Shown in pieces: positions 29,985 through 39,894 of a DNA stretch of 64,000 nt. Location: positions 238,505 through 302,504 of the forward strand of contig CAWJQH010000003.1 in assembly GCA_963844935.1 (NCBI GenBank), given 5' to 3'. The number at the start of each line of letters is the position of its first letter. The stretch's first letter is position 1. The DNA comes from an uncultured Bacteroidales bacterium (lineage in GTDB: Bacteria > Bacteroidota > Bacteroidia > Bacteroidales > VadinHA17). The notes below the pieces were generated by a model. That model ran no database searches. It had not been told where the DNA came from and worked only from the letters and a program-made list of their open reading frames with translations. The position numbers and the translations under genes are program-made.

Positions 29985-32390
29985 ATGAAGCGAATATTTT
30001 TTATACTGATACTGATTTTACCTTTTATTCCGGCCTGGTCACAGACGGTAACCGTAATAGGGCTCGAGGATGGCAAGCCTGTCGCTGACGTTGCCGTTTA
30101 TAATGAAACACGTACCGTATTCTGTTATACGAACCAGAAAGGCAAAGCGAACCTTTCGGAATTCAAAGGCGGGCAACCGGTCTATTTTCAGCATTTTTCC
30201 TTCGAGAGAGTGTCATTTACTCCTGACGAACTTAAGAAGGCAGGATGGGTGGTCAGACTCGCCACAAAGACCTTTGAGGTTGAGGAGTTCATCGTTTCGG
30301 CTAACCGCTGGGAACAGAAATCCGATGAAGTGCCCAATTATATAAGCACTGTCACCCTCCCTTCAGTAAGGATCCAGAACCCCCAGACAACAGCCGATCT
30401 CGTGTCGCTCAGCGGAGACGTATTTGTACAGAAGAGCCAGCTCGGAGGCGGCAGCCCGATGCTGAGAGGCTTTGCCACAAACAGGGTTCTCATTGTCATC
30501 GACGGCGTCAGGCTGAATAATGCAATTTACAGGGAAGGCAACATACAGAATATAATATCACTTGATCCCGCAGTGATTGACCGTACCGAGATTATTTTCG
30601 GACCCGGCGCCACAATGTACGGCAGTGATGCCCTGGGAGGGATCATGGATTTTCATACCAAGAGAGCCCTTTATTCCACAGGAGACTCGGCATATTACAA
30701 AGCCGAGGCACTGGCCCGTTTTTCAACTGCCACTAAAGAGCAGACATATCACGTTGATTTCAATGTCGGGGGACGCAGGATTGCGTTTTTCACATCAGTT
30801 TCCTGGTCTGATTTCGGTAACCTGGTAATGGGTTCGTGGAAGCATCCCGAATATCTCCGGAATGAATACCAGGCACGCACCGCCAGCGGCGACACTGTAA
30901 TAATGAATGACGAACCCCGGGAACAGATTGCTTCCGGATACTCTCAGCTGAACACCACAAATAAGCTTCGTTTTAAGGCAGGAAAATATGTTGATATTAA
31001 CCTCGCCAACCATTACTCACACATCTCGGACGTCCCGCGTTATGACAGACTGATCCAGATGAAGAACGGAACGCTAAGGTACGGCGACTGGTATTACGGA
31101 CCGCAGGTATGGTGGATGACTAGCGGTACGGTCGATTATACAAAGCCCTCGGCACTGTTCGACGAAGCCAGGCTGACCGTGGCAAGACAGGATTACCAGG
31201 AGAGCCGGCATGACCGTAAGCTGTATGACGTCAGCCTTAATGAGCAGACTGAAAAGGTAGGCATATGGTCAGCAAACCTTGATTTCGATAAATCTTATGG
31301 TGAGAATGAAAACCTTCTCTATTACGGGGCTGAATATGTCAGAAACAATATCAAAAGTACAGCCGATACAAAGGATATACTAACCGGTGAAACTGTTCCG
31401 GCCGGGTCAAGGTACCCAAACGGAAAGAATATTTACAACAGCTTTGCCCTTTACAGCGGGTATAAGTTTAATCTCAGCACTAAATTCACCGTCAGCACAG
31501 GCCTGAGGTATAATTTTGTGTCGCTCGATTCGGAAATCGCCGATAACTCATACTACAACTTCCCCTTCACCACAATCGGAACAGCAAACAGCGCCCTCAC
31601 AGGAGGTGCCGGTGCGGTGTACAGGCCCGACAACCACACTGAGCTGACCCTGAACCTGTCAACAGGTTTCAGGGCGCCGAACCTTGATGACATGGGAAAA
31701 GTGTTCGAATCAGCCCCGGGTGTACTTGTAGTGCCTAACCCTGATCTCAAACCTGAATATCTGTATAACATTGATATCGGAGCCTCAAGGGAGTTCGGCG
31801 GCATGCTGCTTGCGGAAGCAACCGGCTTCTTCTCATATCTTGATAACGCAATGGTACGCCGTGAATATCTCTATAACGGTGAGTCCACAATAGATTACCA
31901 GGGCGAGGAAAGCGACGTATATGCCATGGTCAATGCCGGGTATGCAATTGTCTACGGCGCACAGGTGAAGGCAGAACTGAAACCCGTTTCCTTCCTCAGG
32001 GTAAAGTCTGCACTGACACTCACGAGGGGTTATGACAATGAGCAGGAGCCCTGGCGCCATGTGCCCCCGCTGTTCGGTGCAACTCACGTCATTTATGAAA
32101 AATCATCCGTCAAGGCTGACCTGTACTGCGTTTATAACGGAAGCATACCTTATGAGAGACTTGCCCCGAGCGAGAGAGACAAACCGTATATGTACGCCAC
32201 TGACGATCAGGGCAACCCGTGGTCACCCGGATGGTTTACCCTGAACATCAAATCATCATATAACATAAAAAACAGGCTTGAACTGACAGCCGGGCTGGAA
32301 AATATCCTTGACCTCAGGTACCGGCCTTACTCATCAGGTATTGTCGCTCCGGGCATTAATTTCATTTTATCAGCCAGGGTAAAGATCTGA
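29985..32390 (+). CDS. TonB-dependent receptor with an N-terminal carboxypeptidase-regulatory-like domain
   Basis: Signal peptide. Plug motifs DLVSLSGDVFVQKS and GFATNRVLIVIDGVRLNNAIYREGN. Terminal beta-strand ...GINFILSARVKI. Confidence 0.85.
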   Translation: MKRIFFILILILPFIPAWSQTVTVIGLEDGKPVADVAVYNETRTVFCYTNQKGKANLSEFKGGQPVYFQHFSFERVSFTPDELKKAGWVVRLATKTFEVEEFIVSANRWEQKSDEVPNYISTVTLPSVRIQNPQTTADLVSLSGDVFVQKSQLGGGSPMLRGFATNRVLIVIDGVRLNNAIYREGNIQNIISLDPAVIDRTEIIFGPGATMYGSDALGGIMDFHTKRALYSTGDSAYYKAEALARFSTATKEQTYHVDFNVGGRRIAFFTSVSWSDFGNLVMGSWKHPEYLRNEYQARTASGDTVIMNDEPREQIASGYSQLNTTNKLRFKAGKYVDINLANHYSHISDVPRYDRLIQMKNGTLRYGDWYYGPQVWWMTSGTVDYTKPSALFDEARLTVARQDYQESRHDRKLYDVSLNEQTEKVGIWSANLDFDKSYGENENLLYYGAEYVRNNIKSTADTKDILTGETVPAGSRYPNGKNIYNSFALYSGYKFNLSTKFTVSTGLRYNFVSLDSEIADNSYYNFPFTTIGTANSALTGGAGAVYRPDNHTELTLNLSTGFRAPNLDDMGKVFESAPGVLVVPNPDLKPEYLYNIDIGASREFGGMLLAEATGFFSYLDNAMVRREYLYNGESTIDYQGEESDVYAMVNAGYAIVYGAQVKAELKPVSFLRVKSALTLTRGYDNEQEPWRHVPPLFGATHVIYEKSSVKADLYCVYNGSIPYERLAPSERDKPYMYATDDQGNPWSPGWFTLNIKSSYNIKNRLELTAGLENILDLRYRPYSSGIVAPGINFILSARVKI

Positions 32391-32470
32391 GGATGTGCCT
32401 TACAGACAGGAAAGCATTGTTTTTCCGAAATGATTAGTTAAATTTCAACCCTGTAATTATATGCGGGTCA

Positions 32471-33655
32471 ATGGCCGGGGACTTCCATCTAGTTGAGGTA
32501 AAAACAAAAAAGGATATCAGGGAATTTCATGACCTTCCCTCAGGAATCTACAATGGTGACAGCAACTGGATCAGGCCTCTGACAAAAGAGATCGAAACTG
32601 TTTTCAACCCTTCGCTGAACCACCAGTTCCGCAATGGCGAGGCCATCAGATGGCTTCTTAAGGATGGCTCCGGAAAAACAGTGGGCCGCGTGGCTGCCTT
32701 TTACAACAGGAAAATAGCAAATAAAGACCAGAAGCCTGTCGGAGGTATGGGTTTTTTTGAATGTATCAATGACAGCGAAGCTGCTGCAGTTCTCTTCAAT
32801 GCATGCCGTGACTGGCTGGAAGAAAACGGCATGACAGCCATGGAAGGGCCTGAGAACTTCGGTGAACGTGACCGGTGGTGGGGACTGCTTGTTGACGGAT
32901 TCCTTCCTCCCAACTTCTGCATGCCCTATAACCCTCCGTATTACAGGGAGTTATTTGAAAACTACGGATTTAAAAATTATTTCGAACAGTACACATACAA
33001 TACACCAGTAACTGACAGGAACCTGGATGAAGTGATCAGGACCAAGGCAGAGAGGATATTTGCCAACCCTGACTATACTTTCAGGTACATGAGAGCATGG
33101 GAGGCACGTGACACAGCCCGGAACTTCATGATCGTGTATAACAAGGGATGGGCGCGCTTCCCCGGTGTAAAAACAATAAGCGAGAGACATGCCAGGCTGA
33201 TCATGAAAAGCTTCCGGTCGATCCACGATGAAAAACTGGTCTGGTTCGGATTCTATAAAAATGAACCTGTCTGTTTTTTCATTATGCTGCCGGAGGTCAA
33301 CCAGATAATAAGGCATCTGAACGGAAAGCTTAATAACATCGGAAGATTGAAATTCCTCTGGTACAGGTATGTCAGGAAAGAGATTACAAAAGCCTTCGGC
33401 ATGATCTTCGGAATTGTCCCCGAACATCAGCGCAAAGGTGTGGAAGGAGCCCTCATTATCTCATTCGCAAAACTGGCAGTGAAAAGTGATTTCCCCTATA
33501 AAGACCTGGAGTTTAACTGGATAGGCGATTTCAACCACTCAATGATGCACCTCCTTGATCAGATAGGCGCACGGATAATCAAAACGCATATAACATACCG
33601 TTATCTGTTTGACAGGAATGCTCCTTTTGAGAGGGCTCCTGTTGTCAACGTATAA
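32471..33655 (+). CDS. Conserved hypothetical protein, possibly a GNAT-fold acyltransferase
   Basis: Long uninterrupted ORF (394 aa). The patterns ...GRVAAFYN...GGMGFFECINDSEAA... and ...HQRKGVEGALI... are reminiscent of GNAT-like proteins. Assignment is weak. Confidence 0.35.
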   Translation: MAGDFHLVEVKTKKDIREFHDLPSGIYNGDSNWIRPLTKEIETVFNPSLNHQFRNGEAIRWLLKDGSGKTVGRVAAFYNRKIANKDQKPVGGMGFFECINDSEAAAVLFNACRDWLEENGMTAMEGPENFGERDRWWGLLVDGFLPPNFCMPYNPPYYRELFENYGFKNYFEQYTYNTPVTDRNLDEVIRTKAERIFANPDYTFRYMRAWEARDTARNFMIVYNKGWARFPGVKTISERHARLIMKSFRSIHDEKLVWFGFYKNEPVCFFIMLPEVNQIIRHLNGKLNNIGRLKFLWYRYVRKEITKAFGMIFGIVPEHQRKGVEGALIISFAKLAVKSDFPYKDLEFNWIGDFNHSMMHLLDQIGARIIKTHITYRYLFDRNAPFERAPVVNV

Positions 33656-33669
33656 ATCGATCGATTTTT

Positions 33670-34659
33670 TCAGAAAGGCCTGTAGCCTATTATCTCCCTG
33701 ACCTCCCTTATGGTGGCAGAGGCGCTTGCCCGCGCTTTTTCAGCACCCATGGCCACAACCCTGCCCAGGTAGACGGGGTCATTTATGATCTCATTGATGC
33801 GTGTCCTGATCGGCTCGGTAACCTTTACAATATCCTCGGCAAGCTGCTTTTTCATATCCCCGTACCTGATCTCGCATGAGGCATGCTTCTCGCGGAAGTA
33901 AGTCACCGTCGAAGGATCAGAGACGACCTCCATGATTGTGAACAGGTTACTGACCGGTTCAGTTGGCTCTGAGCCCGGTTTTTCAGGACCGGTGTCGGTC
34001 ACTGCGCGCATGACCTTCTTCCTGATCTCTGAAGGTGTGTCTGCGAGGAAAATGCCGTTGCCTTCACTCTTTCCCATCTTGCCTGTACCGTCAAGTCCCG
34101 GGATCTTTATAAGCTGCTTCCCGAAATTATAGGCATCGGGCTCAGGGAAATATTCGACGCCGTACATCGTGTTAAATCGGCGGGCAAAGCGACGGGTCAT
34201 TTCAAGATGCTGCTCCTGGTCCTTGCCAACCGGAACTTTGTGCGCCTTGTGTATGATGATGTCAGCAGCCATTAATACGGGATATGTGAGAAGTCCGGCG
34301 TTTATGTTTTCGGGATGCCTGCGTATCTTTTCCTTAAAGGAGGTGGTACGCTCAAGCTCGCCCACATATGCATTCATGTTAAGCAGGAGGTAAAGCTCCG
34401 TAACCTCCGGCACATCACTCTGAACATATACTGTGGCCTTCTCCGGGTCAATGCCGCATGCAAGGTACTCAGCAAGAACCTGCTTAATGTTACTGTGAAT
34501 GTCATCAGGGTGAGGATGTGTAGTAAGTGAATGATAGTCAGCTACAAAAAAATAACAGTGATTCTCATCCTGCATCCTGAGAAAGTTTTTCAGGGCGCCG
34601 AAGTAATTACCGAGGTGAAGGTTGCCTGTTGAACGTATGCCGCTTACTACTGTATCCAT
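33670..34659 (-). CDS. trpS: Tryptophan--tRNA ligase
   Basis: SGIRSTGNLHLGNYFGA (HIGH-type motif) and KMGKSEGN (KMSKS). ATG at 34659 preferred over TTG at 34680. Confidence 0.9.
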   Translation of the reverse strand: MDTVVSGIRSTGNLHLGNYFGALKNFLRMQDENHCYFFVADYHSLTTHPHPDDIHSNIKQVLAEYLACGIDPEKATVYVQSDVPEVTELYLLLNMNAYVGELERTTSFKEKIRRHPENINAGLLTYPVLMAADIIIHKAHKVPVGKDQEQHLEMTRRFARRFNTMYGVEYFPEPDAYNFGKQLIKIPGLDGTGKMGKSEGNGIFLADTPSEIRKKVMRAVTDTGPEKPGSEPTEPVSNLFTIMEVVSDPSTVTYFREKHASCEIRYGDMKKQLAEDIVKVTEPIRTRINEIINDPVYLGRVVAMGAEKARASASATIREVREIIGYRPF

Positions 34660-34790
34660 AAGAATTTCTTGTCGGCACAAAAATAGAGATAAATAATGAA
34701 TTTGACCTCCGCGGGTTATCTTTCCGCCACAGCCCGGGGAGACATCCTGCTATGACTATTTTTGTATTTTAGCGGTGAAAATCGATAATC

Positions 34791-35129
34791 ATGGAATCAA
34801 CGCGGCAAAAGAAGGTTGCAAGACTGGTCCAAAAGGAACTTGCAGAGATAATACTTCATCATTCCGGGGAGCTTGCACACGGGAAAATGATCTCTGTGAC
34901 AACTGTCCGGGTCAGCCCTGATCTCTCACTCGCAAAAACATGGATCAGCATTTTTCCCTCAGACAAGTCTGCAGAGATCCTTGAAGTCTTAAGGAGCCAG
35001 GTGCCGAGAATCAGGTATGAGCTCGGCCAGAAAGTGCGCAACCAGCTGCGGATAGTGCCGGAGATAGCATTCTTTGTCGATGACAGTAATGACTATATAG
35101 ATAAAATCAGTAACCTGCTTAAGGAATAA
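34791..35129 (+). CDS. rbfA: Ribosome-binding factor A
   Basis: 112 aa. RQKKVARLVQKELAEII...VTTVRVSPDLSLAKTWIS...RIVPEIAFFVD pattern of RbfA. Confidence 0.85.
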   Translation: MESTRQKKVARLVQKELAEIILHHSGELAHGKMISVTTVRVSPDLSLAKTWISIFPSDKSAEILEVLRSQVPRIRYELGQKVRNQLRIVPEIAFFVDDSNDYIDKISNLLKE

Positions 35130-35134
35130 GGCTG

Positions 35135-35950
35135 ATGGATTATGACCCCATAAAGGAGCCTCTCGGACGTCACTTCAACCGTCACCCGCTGCTGCGTAAA
35201 CTGTTTTACCTGCTTCTCGATATTCTTCTGCTGCGTTCATGGCATGTAAGGAAAGTCCTGAAAAACCTAAGCCTGAAGCTCCCCTCATCATCAGCGGTAC
35301 TCGACGCCGGCATGGGCTTCGGCCAGTACACATGGCGGATGACCCGGAAGTTTCCGGGCTGGCATATCACCGCAGCTGATATCAAGAGCGAACAGGTGGC
35401 TGACTGCGGTGCATTTTTCACAGGGGAAGGACTGGCCGCCAGGGTGGAGGTCATTGAGGCCGACCTGGTGACATGGACCGGCACAGGGAAGTATGACCTC
35501 GTGCTGTGTGTCGATGTGATGGAGCATATTGAGGAAGACCGCAGGGTCTTCAGCTCATTCTTCAGCATGATGAAACCTGACGGATATCTTGTTATCTCAA
35601 CACCTTCCGACCTGGGCGGCTCGGACGTTCATTCGGAAAATGAAACATCATTCATAGGGGAACATGTGCGTGACGGTTACAGCAAAACCGGTATAACGGA
35701 AAAACTTCTCGATGCCGGCTTCGGCAAAGTATCAGTGTCATATACTTACGGCTGGCCGGGAAGCCTTGCATGGCGACTTTCAATGAAATACCCTGTTATC
35801 ATGCTCACAGCCTCCCGGCTGTTCTACATTCTCCTCCCTTTCTATTATCTTGCCGTCATGCCCCTGGTCCTTCTGCTGAACTGTATTGATCTGAATATCA
35901 GTCACAAAAAAGGAACCGGGTTACTGGTTGTTGCCGGAAAAAGCAGATGA
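35135..35950 (+). CDS. Class I SAM-dependent methyltransferase with C-terminal membrane helices
   Basis: Motif I VLDAGMGFGQY, post-I ADI, VLCVDVMEHI. Hydrophobic C-terminus. Confidence 0.65.
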   Translation: MDYDPIKEPLGRHFNRHPLLRKLFYLLLDILLLRSWHVRKVLKNLSLKLPSSSAVLDAGMGFGQYTWRMTRKFPGWHITAADIKSEQVADCGAFFTGEGLAARVEVIEADLVTWTGTGKYDLVLCVDVMEHIEEDRRVFSSFFSMMKPDGYLVISTPSDLGGSDVHSENETSFIGEHVRDGYSKTGITEKLLDAGFGKVSVSYTYGWPGSLAWRLSMKYPVIMLTASRLFYILLPFYYLAVMPLVLLLNCIDLNISHKKGTGLLVVAGKSR

Positions 35951-37182
35951 AGCTGTCACTCTACATAGCCAAAAGATATCTGTTCGCCAGAAAATCGCGA
36001 AACGCAATCAATGTTATCTCAGCTATCTCGGTGGCCGGCGTAACCGTCGGGACACTGGCTCTTATAACCATTCTGTCAGTATTTAACGGTCTTGAGGACA
36101 TGGTGAAAGGCATCTTCAGTACCTCAGACCCGGAAATCAGGATAACCCCCGTCAGGGGCAAGGTCTTTACTCCCGACTCGCTTACTCTTAAGAAACTCTC
36201 ATCAGTAAACGGTGTGGAAGTATGGGCTGAGACGCTTGAGGAAAACGCCCTCCTGAGATATGAGGAGCAGCAATACATAGCCACTGTAAAGGGAGTATCA
36301 CCGAACTACATGGAGGTTACCGACCTTGACACGGCAATGTGGGACGGTGATTTTATGCTCACAGCAGAGAACGGAAGACCTTACGCCGTGGCAGGACTGG
36401 GTGTCGCCAATTTCCTGGGAATGAGGCTCAATTTTGTGTCGCCGCTGGCTATCTATATACCTGACCGCAAGGCACACCTCACAATGAACCCGGAAAAGGA
36501 ATTCAAAAGAAGATATATTTTTATTTCAGGCATCTTCGCTGTCGAGCAGGAGTTTGACTCAAAGTACATATTCATTCCTATTGACTTCGCAAGGGAACTG
36601 CTTGATTATACAACAGAGGTAAGCTCCATCGAGGTCAGGATGAAACCGGGCTCTGACCTGAAAAAGACACAGAAAGATATTAAGGATGTCATGGGAGACA
36701 GCTTCCTGGTTCAGAACAGGTTCGAACAGCAGGAGATGTTCTACAAGGTGATGAAGGCCGAGCGGCTGGCCATCTATGTCATCCTTACCTTCATTCTCAT
36801 AATAGCTTCCTTCAATATAATAGGTTCACTCACAATGCTGATAATCGAAAAGGAAAGGGATATAATCATACTTAAGAGCCTCGGCGCCGATAACTCCCTG
36901 ATAAAACGCATTTTCATCTATGAGGGATGGATGATCTCGTTCATAGGCACCTGCCTGGGACTGGCATTAGGTTTTCTGATCTGCGCCGCACAGCAGCACT
37001 TTGGCATTGTGAAGCTCGCAGGAGAATCCCTGCTTATCGATGCTTATCCCGTCAGGATGCACCTGGTCGATTTCTTTCTTGTGGCCGCAACGGTCATGGC
37101 AATCGGTTACGGAGCCGCATGGTATCCCGTTCATTACCTCTCAAAGAGGCTCCTTAAAGAGAATAAAAAAGAGCAGAAATGA
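35947..37182 (+). CDS. FtsX/LolE-family ABC transporter permease
   Basis: SLYIAKRYLFARKSRNAINVISAISVAGV start typical of LolC/E, MacB-like periplasmic domain, C-terminal FtsX helices. Overlaps the upstream gene by 4 nt. Confidence 0.8.
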   Translation: MKLSLYIAKRYLFARKSRNAINVISAISVAGVTVGTLALITILSVFNGLEDMVKGIFSTSDPEIRITPVRGKVFTPDSLTLKKLSSVNGVEVWAETLEENALLRYEEQQYIATVKGVSPNYMEVTDLDTAMWDGDFMLTAENGRPYAVAGLGVANFLGMRLNFVSPLAIYIPDRKAHLTMNPEKEFKRRYIFISGIFAVEQEFDSKYIFIPIDFARELLDYTTEVSSIEVRMKPGSDLKKTQKDIKDVMGDSFLVQNRFEQQEMFYKVMKAERLAIYVILTFILIIASFNIIGSLTMLIIEKERDIIILKSLGADNSLIKRIFIYEGWMISFIGTCLGLALGFLICAAQQHFGIVKLAGESLLIDAYPVRMHLVDFFLVAATVMAIGYGAAWYPVHYLSKRLLKENKKEQK

Positions 37183-37982
37183 GCCGGAAAATTATAATAT
37201 TATCTGTTGCTGCCATTTGCATGCTGACTGCATGCGGACCTTCAGGCAACAATAAGCCCGGAAGGAAGATGATCATTCCGGAAGACAAACTGGTTGAAAT
37301 ACTCACTGACACATATCTCACGACCGGAATGATGGATGTCCAGGGAATGAGGGAAACATGGGGTCAGAGAGATTCGATACTGAACTATACTGATGTTATC
37401 AGGAGTCACGGTTACACCTATGAGCAGATGGTAGCGACCCTGCAGTATTACATCAAGGATAAACCGAAGAAGCTGGCAAAGATCTATGACAGGGTGACCG
37501 GTAACCTTCTTGCGCTTGAGGTCAAGGTTGAGAATGAACGCGTTGAGGCAGATACTATCCCTGATAATCTCTGGACCGGAAAAACCGAATATACCTTCCC
37601 CGGCGAATCTCCGCAGGATTCTATCTGGTTTGACATCCCTGCGGAAGCTCCCGGCGAGTACCTCATCAAGGCTGATATAACGGTGTACGGGGATGACGGA
37701 AGCCTTGATCCCAGGGTAACAGTTTATTTCTTTACCTCTGACAGCCTGGGTGCTGAGGTGCGTAACGACTGGGATGAGATCAGGCTTCAAAAAAACGGAC
37801 AGTTACAGAGAATTGAGGCAAGGAAGACCCTGGAAACTGCCGGGAATACCCGTATCAGGGGATGGCTGCTGAACCACACCCCCCGGGAAGGCGCATGGCA
37901 GAAGCATGCCATTGTAAGCAACATCAGCATTAAGCTCGAAAAGGAAAAAGAAAAGGGCAAAGAAACGGTGAAGCAGCAGTGA
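37179..37982 (+). CDS. Lipoprotein with an N-terminal DUF4296-like domain and an extra C-terminal domain
   Basis: Lipobox MLTACG. MIIPEDKLVEILTDTYLTTGMMDV... resembles DUF4296. Overlaps the upstream gene by 4 nt. Confidence 0.45.
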   Translation: MSRKIIILSVAAICMLTACGPSGNNKPGRKMIIPEDKLVEILTDTYLTTGMMDVQGMRETWGQRDSILNYTDVIRSHGYTYEQMVATLQYYIKDKPKKLAKIYDRVTGNLLALEVKVENERVEADTIPDNLWTGKTEYTFPGESPQDSIWFDIPAEAPGEYLIKADITVYGDDGSLDPRVTVYFFTSDSLGAEVRNDWDEIRLQKNGQLQRIEARKTLETAGNTRIRGWLLNHTPREGAWQKHAIVSNISIKLEKEKEKGKETVKQQ

Positions 37983-39085
37983 TGCGCAGGATCTCGGCAC
38001 AATATGTTTTCACCTCTGCCGGTCAGCCTCTCAGGCGGGGAGTCGTGACCGCCGGCAGCGACGGCACCATTATTTCTGTCGAAGACACCCGGGGAGACCT
38101 GGAAGAGAAACCAGGTACGGAGTTTTATAACGGTATAATCATTCCGGGACTGGTAAACTGCCATGCTCACCTGGAGCTTTCGCACATGCATAATACTCTC
38201 CCTGCAGGAGGGGGATTGACTGAATTCATTACCGGTATCAGGCAGCGGCGTGATGCTGAAACAGAAGAGATTGTCAGGGCAGCCCGGAGCGCTGATAACG
38301 AAATGTACAGGGAGGGTGTGGTGGCTTGCGGCGACATCAGCAATAACTCCCTGACATTTGATATCAAAAGCACAAGCGCCATCAGGTATCTTACCTTCAT
38401 TGAAGTGTTTGGCCTTGATCCTTCTCTGGCAACCGGTCGCATTGACAATGCACTGGGGCTGGTATCAGAGGCAAAGGCAGCAGGGTTGCCCTGTCACATC
38501 ACCCCTCACGGAGTCTATTCGGTCTCTGAGCCGCTTTTCCGAATGATAAAGGAACATATTGGCTCCTCGTCCGTCACATCCCTTCATTTCCTTGAATCTG
38601 ACGACGAAAGAAAGATGGCGCAGGTGCATATTGAGGCAGCCGTCTCCCTTTCAAAGCTGACATCAAACCTGATACTTGTTCATAACACAGTCATCACTGA
38701 AGAGGAGCTGCAGAAACTTGCATCAGTGCCCAATATCTGGTTCTGCCTCTGTCCCTCCTCAAACTTGCATATCTCCGGTAAAATGCCTCCGGTCGAACTC
38801 CTGGGAAGAGCGTCGTCACGTGTTGTCACCGGAACTGACAGCCTCGCCTCAACCGATCATCTTAGCATACTGGGTGAGCTTAAACTCCTGCAAGAGGCTG
38901 CACCCGCGATCCCGCTTGATGAAATCCTACGGTGGGGGACAATAAACGGTGCCCGGGCGCTGAAGATGGATGATTCGCTGGGATCGATCGAGCCTGGCAA
39001 AAAACCCGGCCTGCTACTCATTGAAGGGGCTGACCTTGACGGGTTACGCCTGCGCAGGGAGAGCAGGGTGCGCAGATTATTGTAA
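37982..39085 (+). CDS. Amidohydrolase-family protein (metal-dependent deaminase-like)
   Basis: GLVNCHAHLELSHM metal-binding HxH motif, later ...HGVY... and ...TGTDSLAS.... ATG at 37982 overlaps the upstream TGA (TGATG). Confidence 0.6.
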   Translation: MRRISAQYVFTSAGQPLRRGVVTAGSDGTIISVEDTRGDLEEKPGTEFYNGIIIPGLVNCHAHLELSHMHNTLPAGGGLTEFITGIRQRRDAETEEIVRAARSADNEMYREGVVACGDISNNSLTFDIKSTSAIRYLTFIEVFGLDPSLATGRIDNALGLVSEAKAAGLPCHITPHGVYSVSEPLFRMIKEHIGSSSVTSLHFLESDDERKMAQVHIEAAVSLSKLTSNLILVHNTVITEEELQKLASVPNIWFCLCPSSNLHISGKMPPVELLGRASSRVVTGTDSLASTDHLSILGELKLLQEAAPAIPLDEILRWGTINGARALKMDDSLGSIEPGKKPGLLLIEGADLDGLRLRRESRVRRLL

Positions 39086-39111
39086 ATTTGCAGCCTGAAC
39101 CTTTACGGCTG

Positions 39112-39894
39112 ATGTCAACTTTTCTTTTTGACAGTATTGTATTCGGACCTGTGCGCAGCCGCAGGCTGGGTGTCTCACTGGGAATTAACCTCCTTCCCGT
39201 TGACCGCAAGGTATGTTCATTCGACTGTATCTATTGCGAATGCGGCTGGACAGCATGCGGCGCGGGGCCGTCAGTGAATATGCCTTCACGCACCGCAGTC
39301 CGCGATGCCCTCAGGGAAAAATTATCCCGCATGAAAGAAAAGGGAAACGGTCCGGATGTGATCACATACGCCGGCAACGGAGAACCTACAATGCACCCGG
39401 ATTTCAAGGGAATAATAGATGATTCCATCGCTCTTCGCGATGAATTCTTCCCCTCTGCAAAAATATCCGTACTGTCAAACGGGTCAACACTTCATAAAAA
39501 GTCAGTAAGGGAGGCCCTCAGGAAAGTCGATATGAATATCCTGAAACTTGATTCGGCCTTTCCGGAGACAGTGAAAAAACTGAACCAGCCGCGAGGCAGA
39601 TATGATCCGGAAGCCCTGGCACGCTATGTCAGCGACTTCGACGGCAAATTCATAATACAGTCACTCTTTGTAAGAGGAACACACCGCGGCGGGACCATCG
39701 ACAACGCCACCCCTGCTGAGGTTGATGCATGGCTTGCCGCAATCGGGAGATTAAGGCCGCAGTCCGTCATGATATATACAATTGACCGCGACACCCCGCT
39801 GGGCAACGAACTGAAAAAAGTGCCCGTCTCCGAGCTGAAAGCCATCGCAGCACGGGTGAATGCCATTGGAATACCGGCATCTGTCTCCGGATGA
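39112..39894 (+). CDS. Radical SAM protein
   Basis: FGPVRSRRLGVSLGINL followed by the CSFDCIYCECGW CxxxCxxC cluster. ATG at 39112 preferred over TTG at 39088. Confidence 0.75.
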   Translation: MSTFLFDSIVFGPVRSRRLGVSLGINLLPVDRKVCSFDCIYCECGWTACGAGPSVNMPSRTAVRDALREKLSRMKEKGNGPDVITYAGNGEPTMHPDFKGIIDDSIALRDEFFPSAKISVLSNGSTLHKKSVREALRKVDMNILKLDSAFPETVKKLNQPRGRYDPEALARYVSDFDGKFIIQSLFVRGTHRGGTIDNATPAEVDAWLAAIGRLRPQSVMIYTIDRDTPLGNELKKVPVSELKAIAARVNAIGIPASVSG

